From NCBI GenBank assembly GCA_002633005.1, contig NMRA01000093.1:109762-173761 (forward strand): 64,000 nt of DNA. Reading direction: 5' to 3'. Every line of letters starts with the position of its first letter. Position 1 is the first letter of the stretch. The position numbers and the translations under genes are program-made. Positions 1 through 14,879 of the stretch are shown piece after piece. Source of the DNA: Phoronis australis (lineage: Eukaryota; Animalia; Phoronida). Under the pieces are notes generated by a model. The model was given only the letters and a program-made list of their open reading frames with translations, was not told the origin of the DNA and ran no database searches.

Positions 1-2875
1 CGTTACCAAAAACAACTTTAAGAAAAATACTGCTCAAGACATATTTTGTTCACGTAACACCATTATCATAAATGAGAGAAAGGCGACGGTACTTCGTTAT
101 CTTCATAACGAATTGAATGTTCAAGCCCTTCTGTTGATTTTATAGATCCTTTAGAAAATTGGTGATGAGTCAGGACGGTATAGAAAAACTGGCCATTTTA
201 GGGTTGCTATAGCAATAAAAACTAATAACTGCGTAAAATGCCAATCACTATACAGATTTTTTTTTCTTGACGAATCAGCAGAATAGTCCAGTAGCAAATT
301 ATCAATTGTTACGGCTAAAATGTAGCAGATCATTTACAGAATTCGATAAGATCATCAAGTATCTATTGAAAGGTTGAGCCGCGTGTTACTGTAGGCGATT
401 TGAACAAAGTTGTCACGCACGAGTTTGAAAAATAAGATAACCTCGACAGATAACGAAAACATCATTCCTCGACTGGTCGCATCTTTTTGTGAAAGATATC
501 AAATCAATGTAGCGGAAATGAAGGATGGGTGAATAATGCTCATAAAAGGCGATGGTTGCGGTACCAGAAGGTGACGTCATGAATAAACTTGCTCTGTAGT
601 GAGTTGTAGTAAAAAAAGAATAGTCACACCTTCAACATAAGTCAACACTGTGGCTAAAATGGAAGCATTTTCTCACACTGTAACTAAGATCAACTCTAAC
701 ACAAAACGAGACATGCAACTAAAGCTATTGACATCTTAGGAAATGCCTCAACACAACAACAGTGTCTCAGCGTATTATATGCAAACGGATATTCATTTCT
801 TTCCGGTCTTAGATTTTTAAACTGCATTAAATGTGCGTATTTGTTGAATTGAGAGAACTAGAATTTGACCCTATATTTCTTATACAAAACTACTTCACTT
901 TCAAGTACCAGCATTATTCAAAGATAATCTTTCCATTTGAGCTGCCCCAGTTCAGCAGAAACTTAATCCCAAAATTATGTTCATTCAACACAGCTCCAAG
1001 TATTTCCAAACTTAACTAAATTTAATGTAATTTTTAGTTTATTTTTTATTTTTGCGGTGCACCACCACCTAAAATGGCCGCCCAAGTGAGCAACAGGTGA
1101 CTCGTGCATTATGGGTACTCATTGAACTGTAGCACGTGTAATTAGTATCCGCGGAGATCCTGTCCACTTTTTAAAATCTTTTCAAGTTACTCGAATTCCC
1201 CCGGGGTCTAATGAATTATGCATGGGTCACACCGGAAGTGACGTTGGTGGCCCAAGTCATTCCCTGCCAGCTTTGTTTGTGCATCGAATTATTGCGGACA
1301 TCTTTTTTCAAAAAATGATCGTATTTACCTTCGACGAGTGTTTTCAGACAAACCTAGAATGAATTAGAGCATAGCTGAGTGGGATATTTCCATGGCTTGG
1401 TTTGCAGCGGATAAGAAATCGTGGGAGGCTGCGACCACAACGAATCACGTACACGATGAAGCTGCGCTGGTCAGGTTGCTTGCCTTGGACGTTGAGGTGG
1501 CTGTTCACAAGCACTAATTGCATCAATCTGAGTCACCACATGGGCTTCAGCTTACTACATGTATGTTTCGAAAAAGCAAGACCAAAAGGAAGTGACGGAG
1601 CACAGAGGAGGAAAATACCGGCGCTATTGGCGTTTTTGTTCAGATCATGTATAGTGGGCACTTTCATCGTCCCTTTCGTGAACGGAGGGTTAGAAATGTT
1701 TGTGGCACACACGGAGGAGAAGACTACAACGGATCTTGTCATGTACTGGAAATCACCAAAAAGAATGTAAATGCGTTGAATTCAGAAATTTCGATTCCAC
1801 ATCCCGTTTCAATGATCGATGATGAGTTGAGGTACACTTTTGTGAGCCCAATAAAGGTGCGTGACGGTGCAGGTATTTGTGTGAATAATTCTCGTAGTAC
1901 ATTTCAAAATCCGGGAATTGATTGTACCGCAAATAATGTACTATCTACAAGTACATCGACGAACCCTAAAATGTGGCCAATATGTTTCAATGAATTATCA
2001 AAAATGGTACTCAAAAGTCGAAATAGTATTTTTGGTTTTCATTTTTGAAAATATTTTTGTAGAAACTATTGAATAATCTGAAATTAATTAATATTCACCA
2101 AGATAACAACGTGCTGACAGTATAATTATGTTGAAATTCGCCCACAAACATGTTTCACAAAAAATCAAATAAGTCAATATAATATACGTTTCGTTTCATT
2201 ATTGACAGTTTTAACAAGCAAATACTGAAAACAACTGGAAAGTACTTGACGATGCTTTAACTCAAAGTTTGAGGCTACTGACATCGTCTCAGAAAATTTG
2301 AAAAATTGTGCGGGCTTCCTGTTTCAGAGGTCGGTGTTCGTGTTTTGAACGTCGGGTTTCGTGTTCTTCGGGCTGGCTAGGTGCCTTGAAGGTGCAGGGG
2401 TCTCTTCGACTCCCGGATTCCAATGGAACACCCTGAATACGATCTGCCAGCTCTTATCAAGTCTGTAATCTTATCCAATTTAACCGTTACAAAGGAGTAA
2501 TTTGAAATCAATTTCATAGCGTGATCTAAATCAAAACTTGTTGTAACTGAAAATGGGACTGTGGCCGCTTTGATGATATTGACACGAAATCACATCACAA
2601 TGCGTCGGTGAACCTTTCCACACAGTCTCTGCATTGTTCCAACCGTGATATGCAACACTGCGCAAAGGTTGATACACAAAGAAACAGCGCGTTTCATAAA
2701 GCATGGGTCACTTGCAATCTAACTTTTATTTGATGTGAGCATAGAATGAAAAAGATAACACCTGAAGGTATTCCAGTGTTTAGGGTCTATTTATTTAATA
2801 CACCGAAATACCCTATTCGTGTCAGTCCCAACTCATCAGGCTACAAATTTTGAAATATAATTGAGCAATACCTCA

Positions 2876-3006
2876 TGTGTTGATTTCCGAACGATATGTC
2901 CGAACGATATGTCCGAACGATATGTCCGAACGATATGTCCGAACGATATGTCCGAACGATATGTCCGAACGATATGTCCGAACGATCGTTCCGACATACC
3001 ACACAC
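2876..3006. repeat. 13-bp tandem repeat (TCCGAACGATATG, ~7.8 copies) with imperfect inverted flanks
   Basis: Identical units from 2886 to 2986. The left flank tgtgttgatttccgaacgat resembles the reverse complement of the right flank, so it looks MITE-like. Confidence 0.85.
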
Positions 3007-4258
3007 TACACTTTGTCTTATTATCACCATTTCAACCCATTATGAAAAATATTTTTATTTATTTATTTATTTATCTTTAATTCAATTTGTTTATCCAATT
3101 TGTAAATACTATTTTATTTAATGTATGTTATTGTATCTTAATTTAAACTGTTTATCTAACTTAATTTAATTAATTTAATTTCTTGCTGCAGAGGACCATG
3201 CTGGATATTAGCCTTTGGCCAAAGCATGCTTTACATTTATTGTATTTTTATCCTCTTTCAATAAAGTTTATTATTATTATTATTATAAACATCGTGTCTC
3301 GTTATGTCTGATCTAACACTAAATACCATATTCAAAAATACGCAAGATAAATACCATGCTGCTGCGTGTGAATGTGTTTTGATTGTTTTTCAGAATCTAG
3401 TCCAACGTTCATCCTCTTTCTTATATGACAAGCCAGGTTTCATTGAGTGTCAGTGTGCCCAAACAACGTTCAATCGTTCACCTGGAGTTCGCAGTAGAAA
3501 TTCTATGGTACCCTCCCCACCCTAAGACACCTGCGTCCTTTATTTGCTTTGAACTAGAGCCGATCCTGTCTTTCACCCACTGACCCGACGTAGATACACC
3601 TGTAGTTGACTTTTATAGGCCCATCTAGACGTTGGTAGGAAACCCCGACGTTAAACTTACTATTTCTGCTGCGAATTTTCGCCTATTGCTGTTTTTACTT
3701 TGTTTAAGAAAATCAACAAATAATTTTTACTCAGTTGTGCGTTTCTTAATTTTTTATAGAACTCCCATTGACTGAAAGATGATCTAGTCTTACTTTGATT
3801 AGACCCTCGAATGTTGGGCAGAAGACAAGACGGTAGCCGTGATACGCAGTAACAGATGTTACATTTTACGTCATTGTTACAGTTTACGTTGAATGCACAT
3901 GCGGGAAATGTATCATTGTTACATTTTACGAAACCAAAAAAGTGACCAAAATCCAGAATAAGTGGTATCTGACATTGCTGGAGTGTACTCGAGTATTTTT
4001 GGACGAGGGGTTCCGCCCGAAACTTTGAATACCTACCCGTTGAGAGTGCGGACTCGGACAAAAACGTGACCCATTTAGAGACTAATTTTGTGTAAAAATT
4101 CACATTTCAGCACAGTTCTGTAACAGAAATTCAGAAAAGGCGCCCTGTTGTGAAAAAACACCCTTTTGGGCGGCACTTTTCGTCTACCACTTCTTTTGGA
4201 GTACCCTCCGGGCTGACATGGCATATATCTGGCTACACATTATCAATTTTATTACAAT

Positions 4259-4326
4259 TACATTACTATTATTGCAATTACTACTATTACTACTTTCACT
4301 ACTATTACTCGATATCCGTTTCGTTA

Positions 4327-4378
<52 letters not shown>
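4259..4378. repeat. (TAC/ATT)n trinucleotide microsatellite
   Basis: Long attattatt run preceded by degenerate tactat units. Confidence 0.9.
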
Positions 4379-4379
<1 letters not shown>

Positions 4380-6340
4380 AATGATATTTTTGAATTTATT
4401 TAACAAGGACACATTGCAATATATGTAATACATCTCATAGCACTTTGAAAATACGTCGTGGTCTTCAAAGATTTTAAAATCATCTCATCATTGTTTTCAC
4501 CGGGCTTCCCATAATGGACAGCGAGGGGTGAAAGGGGTTCCTATGTTCAGCCTTAAGGATATTGTGAGAAACGTCATAACAGCTGTAGATGCAGAGTAGG
4601 CCTATTTTTTGGAAACGAGGAGGCAAAGAAAATCTTGTTTAGACGTGCGTCATTTCAAAAATATCTAATCTATCGGCAAGCATGGTATTGATTGTAAATC
4701 AATATATATCCTTCTGTAGTTTGCCACGGAGAACTGAATTCAGACTGTGTTATCATCTCTGTCTCTTGTTGAAAACATTCCTTTTCAAAGAACTGGCGCT
4801 CGTTCCACGATTTAAGTTCAAAAATTTTTTTAAGTTGAATTTTGAAGGTAGACATTTTTCGAGAACTAGCAACTAGTCGGCTATGGCTGCGGTCACCGGG
4901 TTGATAGAATAGCCTGTAACGGGCCTAGAAAACACGTGGAATGGCCCCGAATATTCAATGATTTAACTAAGTGATTTGAACTAGGTTTCATTTAAAGTGG
5001 GTTGTAAGGAATTAAATCGGTCGACGTTGACCGTCAGCAATGTTTAATATACACTTTCCATGCGATGTAGCAAAAGGGTTAATATGCCAAATTTCCTTAT
5101 CTGCCTGCAACCACGCGTGTTGTTGACAGCGAGGTGCAACGCAAAATTGGCGCTTCTCGTTAAACGTGGCTTCACGTGGCTAGAATGACCAATCGCTGTC
5201 TTTATTTATATATGCTTCGGACCTACGAACATTGACCAGAGAGCAATTTCAATTGATATTTTATCTTAAAAGATAATAGAAAGTGGATTTAAAGTGCATG
5301 TTTTTGTAGTCCGATAGGCCGACAGTCAGCTTTTTTCGGACCATTTCCCCTTTAAACAATCGACCTGGACCCGGTATGAGCAAAGCGGTCGTATGCTTTC
5401 ACAGTGGCATATTATTTTCTATTTTCCCATCTAGGCCTCCCACGTATACACGTCACGGTTTGATCCGTTGTTACCTCCACTGTTTCATACAGATTTTACC
5501 TTATAGAAATAAATGATATTTACTTCAACTTTTATCTGTTTAAAGCACGTTACTATGCCGCCAGTCGTTTAGACTATTGGCTCCCCCTTCTCAAAGGCGA
5601 ACTTTTGTTGTTGCACCGGCAAAATCTGTCAATCTGCAAGCAAATAAATGTGGGGTTTTATTTCCTTCCATCATAGTGTCTTTAAGAAATTGTCATTCGT
5701 AACTAAGGTGGTAAACACAACCCGACGGCATCAAAAACTTTGATCTTGTCCTTTCGCGTGGAGCATTAGCCATGACTCCAAGGCAATAAAACACTGGCTG
5801 AAATAAATCAAATTATCTTGGAATAAAACGGGATTTTTTTCTATCTAGTTGGCTTCCAAAATTGAATTCTCCGTGAAAAAATGTTATTAACGTTTGTTTC
5901 TGAAGAAATGAGATACATATTAGCCAAAATACGATGTCATTGTTTCTGTTGTGCTTACAGGGTACCAAGGGACATCTACTGTAATGCTGGCCACACAATT
6001 GGATGTGACCTGTGAGCGCCAACAAAAGAATGCAAGAACGCTTCAACAATAAAAACGCGTTACCTGATGCTGGAAACTTATTTCCTCTGAAATTGAAACT
6101 GTACGGGGTACATTTTTGGCTATACCAAGAAACTACTCATGTTAAAAAAACAATGGAAAGCACACATTGACACATCTATAAATTCAAGCTGTCACATTTG
6201 ATAGAATTTCATTCATACAATCCAAGAAAGAAGGCGTTGAGTGTATGAACCGATTTCCTCTGGGTGACAAATACCATGCAGACTCATGAAATATGACGTC
6301 ACTTTCGTAAAATGTAACATGTGCATGTGCATTCTACTTA

Positions 6341-6459
6341 AATTGTAACAATTACACTAATTGTAACAATTACACTAATTGTAACAATTACACTAATTGT
6401 AACAATTACACTAATTGTAACAATTACACTAATTGTAACAATTACACTAATTGTAACAA
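6341..6459. repeat. 18-bp minisatellite AATTGTAACAATTACACT (6.6 copies) in the right subterminal region of the 3840-6567 element
   Basis: Units start at 6341, 6359, 6377, 6395, 6413, 6431 and 6449. Confidence 0.9.
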
Positions 6460-9400
6460 CTTGTTACATTTTAGGAGAGGTTCAGCAACGTATTAATGTA
6501 ACAGTGACATAAAATTTAACATTCAGTTGTTACATTTTACGACATTGTTACATTTTACGGCGTATCATAGCCGGTAGTTGTTTTTGAGACCTTGAGTTCA
6601 AATTCCAACCACTTCAGGTGTGCAAATCCAAGTCATAGCTCCTTGTTTATCGTGATAGTCTATTTAAAATTATATTGTTTGTGTTCCAAATGCCTTTCAC
6701 CGATGTCCTTAGAACGCAACATTAAACTAGCTCAATTTAATTCTCTTTGACTTAATTTTCTGTTAAAAACACGTTGGACTCCGACGAGGTGTTATGGGCC
6801 ACCTTACGTTCAAATGAATTGCGAACGGCACTGCTCTTACTACCTTGTATCGTCCTTGTACTTATCTTCACGATCACTGTCATAATCACAATTTGTTCTC
6901 AGTTATCGTCCAATGTGTCGATCTCCAGAATGCTTTCATTTACTTTTCGTGTTCAGTTCATTACTTGTTGCATTTCCTCTAAATTTTTTGGTTTTTTAGT
7001 TGCACTCACGCTAGAGGTCGCTTTTTTATTCGATGAGCATGAAATTCAAAAGTTATGTATTTTGTGAATGGCTCAAAACCTATTGCTTTTGGTTGAAATC
7101 GGACGCAAGATGGCGCTGTGTCGGGCATTTATTGGTTATTTTTCGGTTTGCAGCGGAGCCACAGCTCCACTGTCTGTGGAGTCTTTTTCTGAAATCCGAT
7201 ATTCAAGCAATTTAAACAAACCATAAACACTCATCATGCGTGACGTTATTGTGATTTGCAGTGTTATTGCCCGAGGTTGTTTACCTACATGTACATGTAG
7301 TGCCCGTTCATCGAGTTGTTGACGGCATCATTGGTGTTGTCAGTGCGTGGGTCACGATGCACCCATAAAACTTATAATGTCAGTAAAACTGACAGAGTGG
7401 AAACTTTGAAATTAAAACAAAGACACGGAATTCTCGCTGGTGTAAACGGAGTCATGAATGTGTCACAATAAGTATAATTCGGACAGTTGCTGCGCTTGTT
7501 CGCTAGTCAATCTATGGCGACTTTGCGTACCGTTGAGCGTCTTCTAAAGTTTCTGTTGTAAGTCCGCGTTCAGCCCACGAAAAGATATTTTGGTTTAGAT
7601 CACATACCGTTATAAAATCAGTCTCAATGTGAGTTTGTTATTCTCTGAGCCTATTCTCGGCACATAAAATGACACTGTGACATTAGCTTTCTTCGGCCTG
7701 GGTTTGGTTTCATGAAACTATTTTAATCTTTACAATGCTACCATTTCATCACATGTCACGCCCGGCTTGTTGTTGCTGAGCAGTGCTGTTGACAGCATGC
7801 TAACAATAAAACTTTGTAACTTAAACTTTCATGAAACGAAGACCAATCTTAAATTTCAGTCAATTTTAAGGTAAAGCTTAGATTTGCGTCACGCCTGACG
7901 TCAGAAGAGAGGTCTAAAATTTGACTTAAGATTTTGAGTAAAGTTTTGTCTTAAATTTGACTATCTTACCGGATGTTTAAGTTTCAAAGTTTGAAAGATG
8001 AGATAAATCAAAGACTAAAGTCAAACATGAACTGAAGTCAGTTTCTTGGAACGGGCCCGTGGTTTCGACTCTCAAGAAAAAACAAACTCAGTTTTATTGG
8101 AAGCCCTGATATCAATTTCAGTTTGACTAAATGACATTTTAAGACCAATCGCATGGTCTAAATCTAAAATTGGTTTATTTTTATGACTAATTTTCACTTG
8201 TCTAAATAATAGGTCTGCTTTATAGGTTTCAAGGTGAGCTTTGACACTTGGAATGTCACCCTTCTTCTAGCACATTGGGTTTAGGTAGTGTAGTTTACCT
8301 TTTTGCGAAACTAGCTTCTAGTTACATTTTTCATGGCATCATAATAAAATAAATTCGACAATTGCGAACGCTAGATATTCTACTCGAGAATTGATCAATG
8401 GCATCCCCACGCTTTTAGTAAATTTCATGCTTCGCGATTAAGCAACTTTTTTCGAGTAAGCGCAAAATCCTACATGTAAGTAAAAATTAGGCAAACCACA
8501 GCTCTGGTTCTTCATTGGTCAACCAAGGATGAGGTGAACCGGTGTATGTAATGAAGCATATTTTTTACAACATGAACAGACGTGAATTAAGTCATAATCC
8601 AGATGATAAACGTGGGTTGTGATCACCACGCCCACTGCTCACATCGTTATCCTTTTTGTTTTGGTTGACCTAAAACAACTGTGTTTCTATTTTCATATAG
8701 CCATAACGTAATCCAAATTTGAAGAGCGCGCTATTGAAATCGTTGAGCGATAATTTTGTCTCAGACAAACGACAGAAAATGAAAGAAATTAAAGACAATT
8801 TGAAATGTTGAAATACGCATACAAATCAGACCGTAGCTTATTATGGCCTCGTTTTCGAAATGCTCACCAGTCTCTAATGCTAATAGAGTCTGGGTTAGAG
8901 ACTAGATCAATGGAGGACTACATTTAAGTTACTTGTCTCGCGGTTCATCAGTGTTCTGCTGAAGACCTGGAGATGAGGACACAGCGTAGCCAACTCAAAT
9001 AATATTGTAAGTCCAATACTCGATTTATTTCCATACGATTATGGCTATATGGTTACCTTAGATACTTGAAATTGTTTTCCCTGTGAATAGAAACACTCTA
9101 TTTATATAAGAGATATTTTGTTTAGGGCTGCATCGTGTATTCTGTTGGCGAGTTTCTGAAAAACGTATGTATAAGCATACAAGAAAACTACAGCAACTAT
9201 GTCTAGTTCTGTTAGGTGTTTGGCCCAGAAAATTAAGATAGTTATTACAAGTTATGATAAGGGTCATTAAAGTACCTACTCTGAATTAACATGACTCCGA
9301 GTAACCCATCAGAAAACTTTACAGGTGTTAAGAATTACTGTTAAGGCAGACTATTTGGTGTAATGTCTAAAAACAAGGCGAAATAGTTATTGAGGAATAT

Positions 9401-11948
9401 GAAATAATCCCGCACTCAAAATCTATTCAAGAAAGAAAATATCAACGTGACCCGTAGTCCTCCAAATTAGACCCAGAATTTGAGGTCTTATGGGTCACTT
9501 GAGCAAACACCACGTTTTTTCTAAAATAAACGCTAACTTTAGTAGAAGTAAAAGAATAGAGAACCAGAAATTCACGCTCTAGATTCGGATTTTTCTTTAT
9601 CTCATATATTGACAGGCATAGAGGACGCCAAAATAGAACCAGGCTACAGAGCACACCACTTCGTGGTAACTTCATTTCAAGTTTTTGGGTTCACCGATGA
9701 AATATTTTGCGTATTTGGCAACGAGCTGAGAAAGCATACAGTTCAACTGATGATTAATAGCTTCGATAAACTTAGTCCGCCTCGCTCACCACAGTAGTAA
9801 GCCACGCCTACCGTGGCAAATTCCCTCAAGCGGTCAATAAAATATTACCAGCCTCCCGCTCAGTAACGCTAGGACCTCGCTAAAAATCAATACTTCGCGG
9901 GATTACGTGAGATGTTGTCCTATATTCTAAGTGAGAGCACGTGATTTTAGGTAGATTTTAGCTAGGTCCTAGTGAACGCACGCAGCCAGGACTCCAGCAA
10001 GTGCACAGCGCAGGCCAGCATTGCTCAGCGGGTGGTTCAAATATCTGGAGCGGTGGACCTTAGATATTTTGTAAAGGTCGACCCGGTAAAGTTTTATGTA
10101 AGGCACTTGCTAACTGCAGATAATAAGCCAGTTCACTGTAAGTGGAAATCACCAAATTTGACTTTATTGTCACAGTTGCGGCAGTCTATCAGTATCTGTC
10201 ATAGCTAAATAGCGACATCAATACAGAGAGCAAATTTTGTTTGATTCAAATGTTCAAAGTAAAATCTCATTTTTTAAATCATAGCTTCCCTTTAGTTTTA
10301 TCTATTTTTTCATAAAAACACAATTCTAATTTTGATAGCTTCTCATTCAAAAGTGCAACATTTTGAAAACAATACCTGGAGAACAGTGCACAAGACGTAA
10401 TATGTGAATAATTCCGAGAATGACGCCGTTCCGAAATTGGTCAAATTTAGCCATTTTTCCAAAATTTCACAATTTTTATCTAAGCTCCTATTGTGTTAAA
10501 CAGGACACTTTGGGATATTTTCACGGTAATAAAAAACTGGCTAAAATAAATTGAAACTGGCAGTTTTTAACGTGTTTGTTTTCTGAAATTGAATTCCTCG
10601 TCAAAAGTTAGTGTAGAATCTTTCTTTCGCGGAAAAAAAATGATAAAAATTGGCCAAAACGCTGGGATGGATTTTTGTTTATCGGGTACTAATAGTTGGT
10701 ATGCATGCACTTATACATGTGATCTAAACATTTGATTGCTAATTTACACTTGAGGCTTGTAAAGGAAGCTAAAACGTCAGTGGAACACTGCGATTGAAGG
10801 AGAATTTATTTTGTTTCCTGCTTATTTACCCTGTCCATTAGGCTGGTAGTAAAGGCTGTTACATGCATTTAATTATCTACCGATTTAATTATCTACCGAA
10901 GGTCTTTCTCTTTGCCGTTTCTCTGTATATACATTCGATTGCAATGTCCCAATGATATCCCCAGACAATATTTCTGTTTTACCGATTGTTTGTGGTAAAG
11001 ATGGACAACGATTACAATAACTTCCCCCATGTATTCTGCGCCCTGGTTGGTCGAATTAACATCTTGATTGACAACTAGGAGCTGTCTGTCACAGGTACCT
11101 GAGAAGCAAATCAGCTGCTAGTGTAAAGCCAAGGGAGTTGTTGAATTGACTTCTGCCTTTAATATGAGTTGTTGGGATAGTTATTATTGATGTTACCCAC
11201 GTTTGCATATTACAACATCTGAAAGGGGAATGTTTCGTTTTTGAAGTCTTTTTTCGTCAATTTGGCACATTTTATTTACTCTAAGGCGCTTTTTGTGCCT
11301 TTTAGTCGATTCTCAAATTTAGAAGTGTGGTGCTATGAGCAAGTGGTACAACACAAACACTGCATATCTGAATCATAATGTATTAGGCATGTACATGTAT
11401 TTTCGTCTCGTCCTTCTCTAACAAGAATCCATGATAACACCGTGCTTTCATTTATGATAAATGAGCGGTGACGATGCCGATATCCTTCGTTTACCTGTAT
11501 TTCGTAAGGTAATTTTGCCCTCCGGTTCATATCACACGTACAATACACACAGCTAACAACAAGGTCTAAAATCCCACATAGATTATAGGTTATTTACAAT
11601 AAAATTGACAAATAACTTTTTTCCTCATGCGAAACGCCTGCAATGAAATAAGCTAATATTTTGAACGACATATTCATTTTATGAAGACATAAGATTAATG
11701 AAGTTTCGCACACACGATTGAAAAAAAATGGTCTGGTATAAACCTTTTCCTAATGCCAGTGTATAACGTACAAATAAATAAAATGTGACACTTAATTTCA
11801 ATTTTACGTTTACTTAAGTTACAACAGGAAATACACAGACACTACTCTGGGGATATTAACATGTCTTCCTTGTTCTATTCGAAGACAGTTACATGAACAA
11901 CAAAATCGGGCAAGGATTGTCCTAAGATGTTTGCCGATGTATGCGCTG

Positions 11949-12057
11949 TATAAAAGAGGAAATAAATTAAGACGACCGTGTCGGTAAATTCCAGTAAAAA
12001 ATCCACACGTTCTGGGCGTAACCGACCTTCTTCACTGATAGAACACTGTTGAAGCAG
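11949..12057 (+). promoter_or_regulatory. Candidate TATA box and non-coding first exon of the PKS gene
   Basis: TATAAAAG at 11949-11956 and a CAG|GTTAGA donor-like site at 12057/12058. A good acceptor (atttacag|) lies at 15628, 31 nt before the ATG, which suggests an upstream UTR exon. Pairing these two sites is inference. Confidence 0.35.
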
Positions 12058-13694
12058 GTTAGAAAACGAACTTTGTTTATTATTTCTATAAACACTTAGT
12101 ACATGGATGAAATTATTTTTGGCATTATTTCGTTCTATTTTTGTGCGAATTCAAGATAGCAATTTCTGATGTTCTGCGCTCGATTATATTATACTTTGTG
12201 TGGATTTCTGCTTAGTCGTAGTTGCACCGTATTAAATCCATTAAGCCGCAAAGCTTGAATTGGAAATCTCGAACTTTTACTCGAGCTTGTAGTCCAAATG
12301 GAGGGTTCACCAAGTGTGAGCTTGGACTAGACACCCACTTGTACACGAAAATAGAGTCACTTGTCATGAGTTGATTTCTTTCAATTTGTCAATGAAGACG
12401 ACACGGGTATTTCCAAAATAAATTGAAAAGCTGTTAAAAACCATTGTCGTTACTGACGATAACAACTAAGAGCAATGCTCCAAGTCAAGCTGAAGTCGCC
12501 ACGTTTTAACTTCCATAAATCAGTTTAGGTTTAACTGGTGAATACCCTCGTTGAAGCAACATATGAACTCCATTCAGTCCATAGTGACATCCACGTCCTG
12601 TGTATTTAAGAACAATAACTCGCAGTATTAAAAACAATAACAACGCGTTCCATTTAAAAACTTGAACGAAAACTATACCGGCGCTGGAAGGGGCTTTCAT
12701 ACAAATTTATCGAAATTCGCGTTACTCTTCTTCATGCGGTTTTACTTCGTTTTGGTATATTGTAGTTTTTCGAAATAATTAAGTGACAACTTGTATTATT
12801 TACTCAAAATGGTGTTATGTACTTAGTGAATTTCACAATTGGATTGGTCAGTTGTCCCATTACACAAATTTGATTTCAAAACTTGAAAACTGAATTAATC
12901 TTGCATTCTACCCTTTGAAGAAAATATTCATGAATTTGTTTACCTATAAACACGGAAATGGTAACGAAATATATGTAACCGTTATCAACAATAGTAGTAT
13001 TGCCACACCTCCCTTGAACGGACTTGGAGAAAATTCAGATATCAGGCCCGTAGCCAGCATTGCGCAGGGGGTGGTTCGAATTTCTGGAACGGTGGACCTT
13101 TGATATTTTGCAAAGGTCGACCAGGTATAGTTAATTAGAGGGAAGGGAAATCTGTATACAACGATGACTCTCAGCTCTATGTTCCTGAGATGAGATAGAA
13201 ATGAGGATGCCGCGACGGTTGCTCGTAAAGAATGGGACTCAAATTTGGATAATTATGTAATGTGGTCCAGATAGAGAGCGTTCTCACGTTACCTTCCGCC
13301 AGACTTTCAAATCTGGCGTGCTTAAATACATACTTGGACGGAATTCTTTAGTTTGAGAATGACTTGAAATTTTTATCTGGTTGTATTTTTGCGTGTTACT
13401 TGCATCGCTGGAAATGGGAACAGCTCACTATTCTAAAGGTTCACCACTCCGAAGGTTCACTACTCCACAAAGTGGACATTGGATGAACATTACTCATTTG
13501 ACGATCACCTTCAATTCGAAATTTGAAATGCCTGTACCATGCTGAGCTAACAAGTATACCAAAATAGCCGATAACGCTCCTGTTTCCTGTTGTTTTGGTT
13601 CTTGGTCGATATTAAGACATTCACGCCACACTACTTTTTGAGTTCTCTTTCGCAGCTAGTTATGGTCATTTACTTCTAGACACCCTTGTTGCCC

Positions 13695-14825
13695 TATCGC
13701 TGACCAAATGGGTGAACGTTACGCCGTTAAATTACATGCGTAAGATAATTCTTGTTAGAAGCGCAATTAATTACAGTGTAAAGAAATTATTTGTGGAGTA
13801 AAGTATGTATTCACGGCATAAAATAATCATTTGCCGCGTAAAATAATTATTTGCGGTGTAAAGTAATTACTTGCGGCGTAAAGAAACTTTGTACGGCGTA
13901 AAGTATTTCTTTGCGGTGTAAAGTAACTTTTAGTGCCCCAAGTATTACTGTACGCCGTAATGCAATAATTACTTTACGCCGCAAATAATTACTTTATGCT
14001 GTAAATTATTACTTTACCCCGCAAATAATTGCTTAACGTTGGAAATAATTACTTTACGATGCAAATTACGTTATGCCGTAAATAATTACTTTAAGTCGTT
14101 AATAATTACTTTAAGCCTTTAAAAAGATTTGACTTACGCACGTAATTCAACAGCTTAACGTTCACCCGTCTGGCCAACTATAATATCGACCATTATAGTG
14201 TAGCAACCACGCAAGTTCAGTGCCAATGAATAACGTAAAACCTCCTCTAATCGTCTGCACGATCCTGTCATATGCGACAACACCACTCGAGCGAAGTTGG
14301 GCCCTGGGGGCAGGTAGGGCCGATGATTACGCAAAGCACCTTGAATCATAAGCAAATTCTTCTAACTTAGTTTATAGCTGCATGAGAGTCAAACAACAAG
14401 TTGCACGGGATTTTTTGGAGCTTTATTTCGCAACGCCTTACAATTGACATGTGTGTCTGTCCGTTCGTCCGTGGAACTGGAAGACGCAAAATATTTAGTA
14501 GCAGTTCACGGACACATAATTCGCAAAGTGGAACGCGTTAAAGGCAAATTGCAAGCAAAACGGCAAGCGACAATAAATGTCACCTTAATGATGTCTTGAG
14601 ACTCACGCAGTGACTAGAACACATCTGACCAGTGTGACAATATTGGCAAGAGTGCCTGAACATGCCGTATAACCCGGGCTCGGTGTCAGCGACCTGAGCA
14701 CACTCGATCGGTCATTCATAACCAAAATAGTATTCACAGAACTCATAGCACAATGCGCAGTACCCGGAGCTAACTTCATTCACATAGTTATAATTGCAGT
14801 TAGTAGTTACCAGTAGCTGCAACAA

Positions 14826-14879
<54 letters not shown>

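Larger units (their letters stand above)
3840..6567. mobile_element. Non-autonomous DNA transposon with TG..CA termini and 6-bp TSD
   Basis: Ends TGATACGCAGTAA / TTACGGCGTATCA. TAGCCG is duplicated at 3834-3839 and 6568-6573. Subterminal TTGTTACATTTTACG repeats occur at both ends. Confidence 0.8.

Noticed and set aside
1-540. Coding-looking stretch at the window start
   Set aside because: Short frames broken by stops with no recognisable motif; cannot be assigned
2836-3121. Short overlapping ORFs
   Set aside because: Products of the 13-bp tandem repeat
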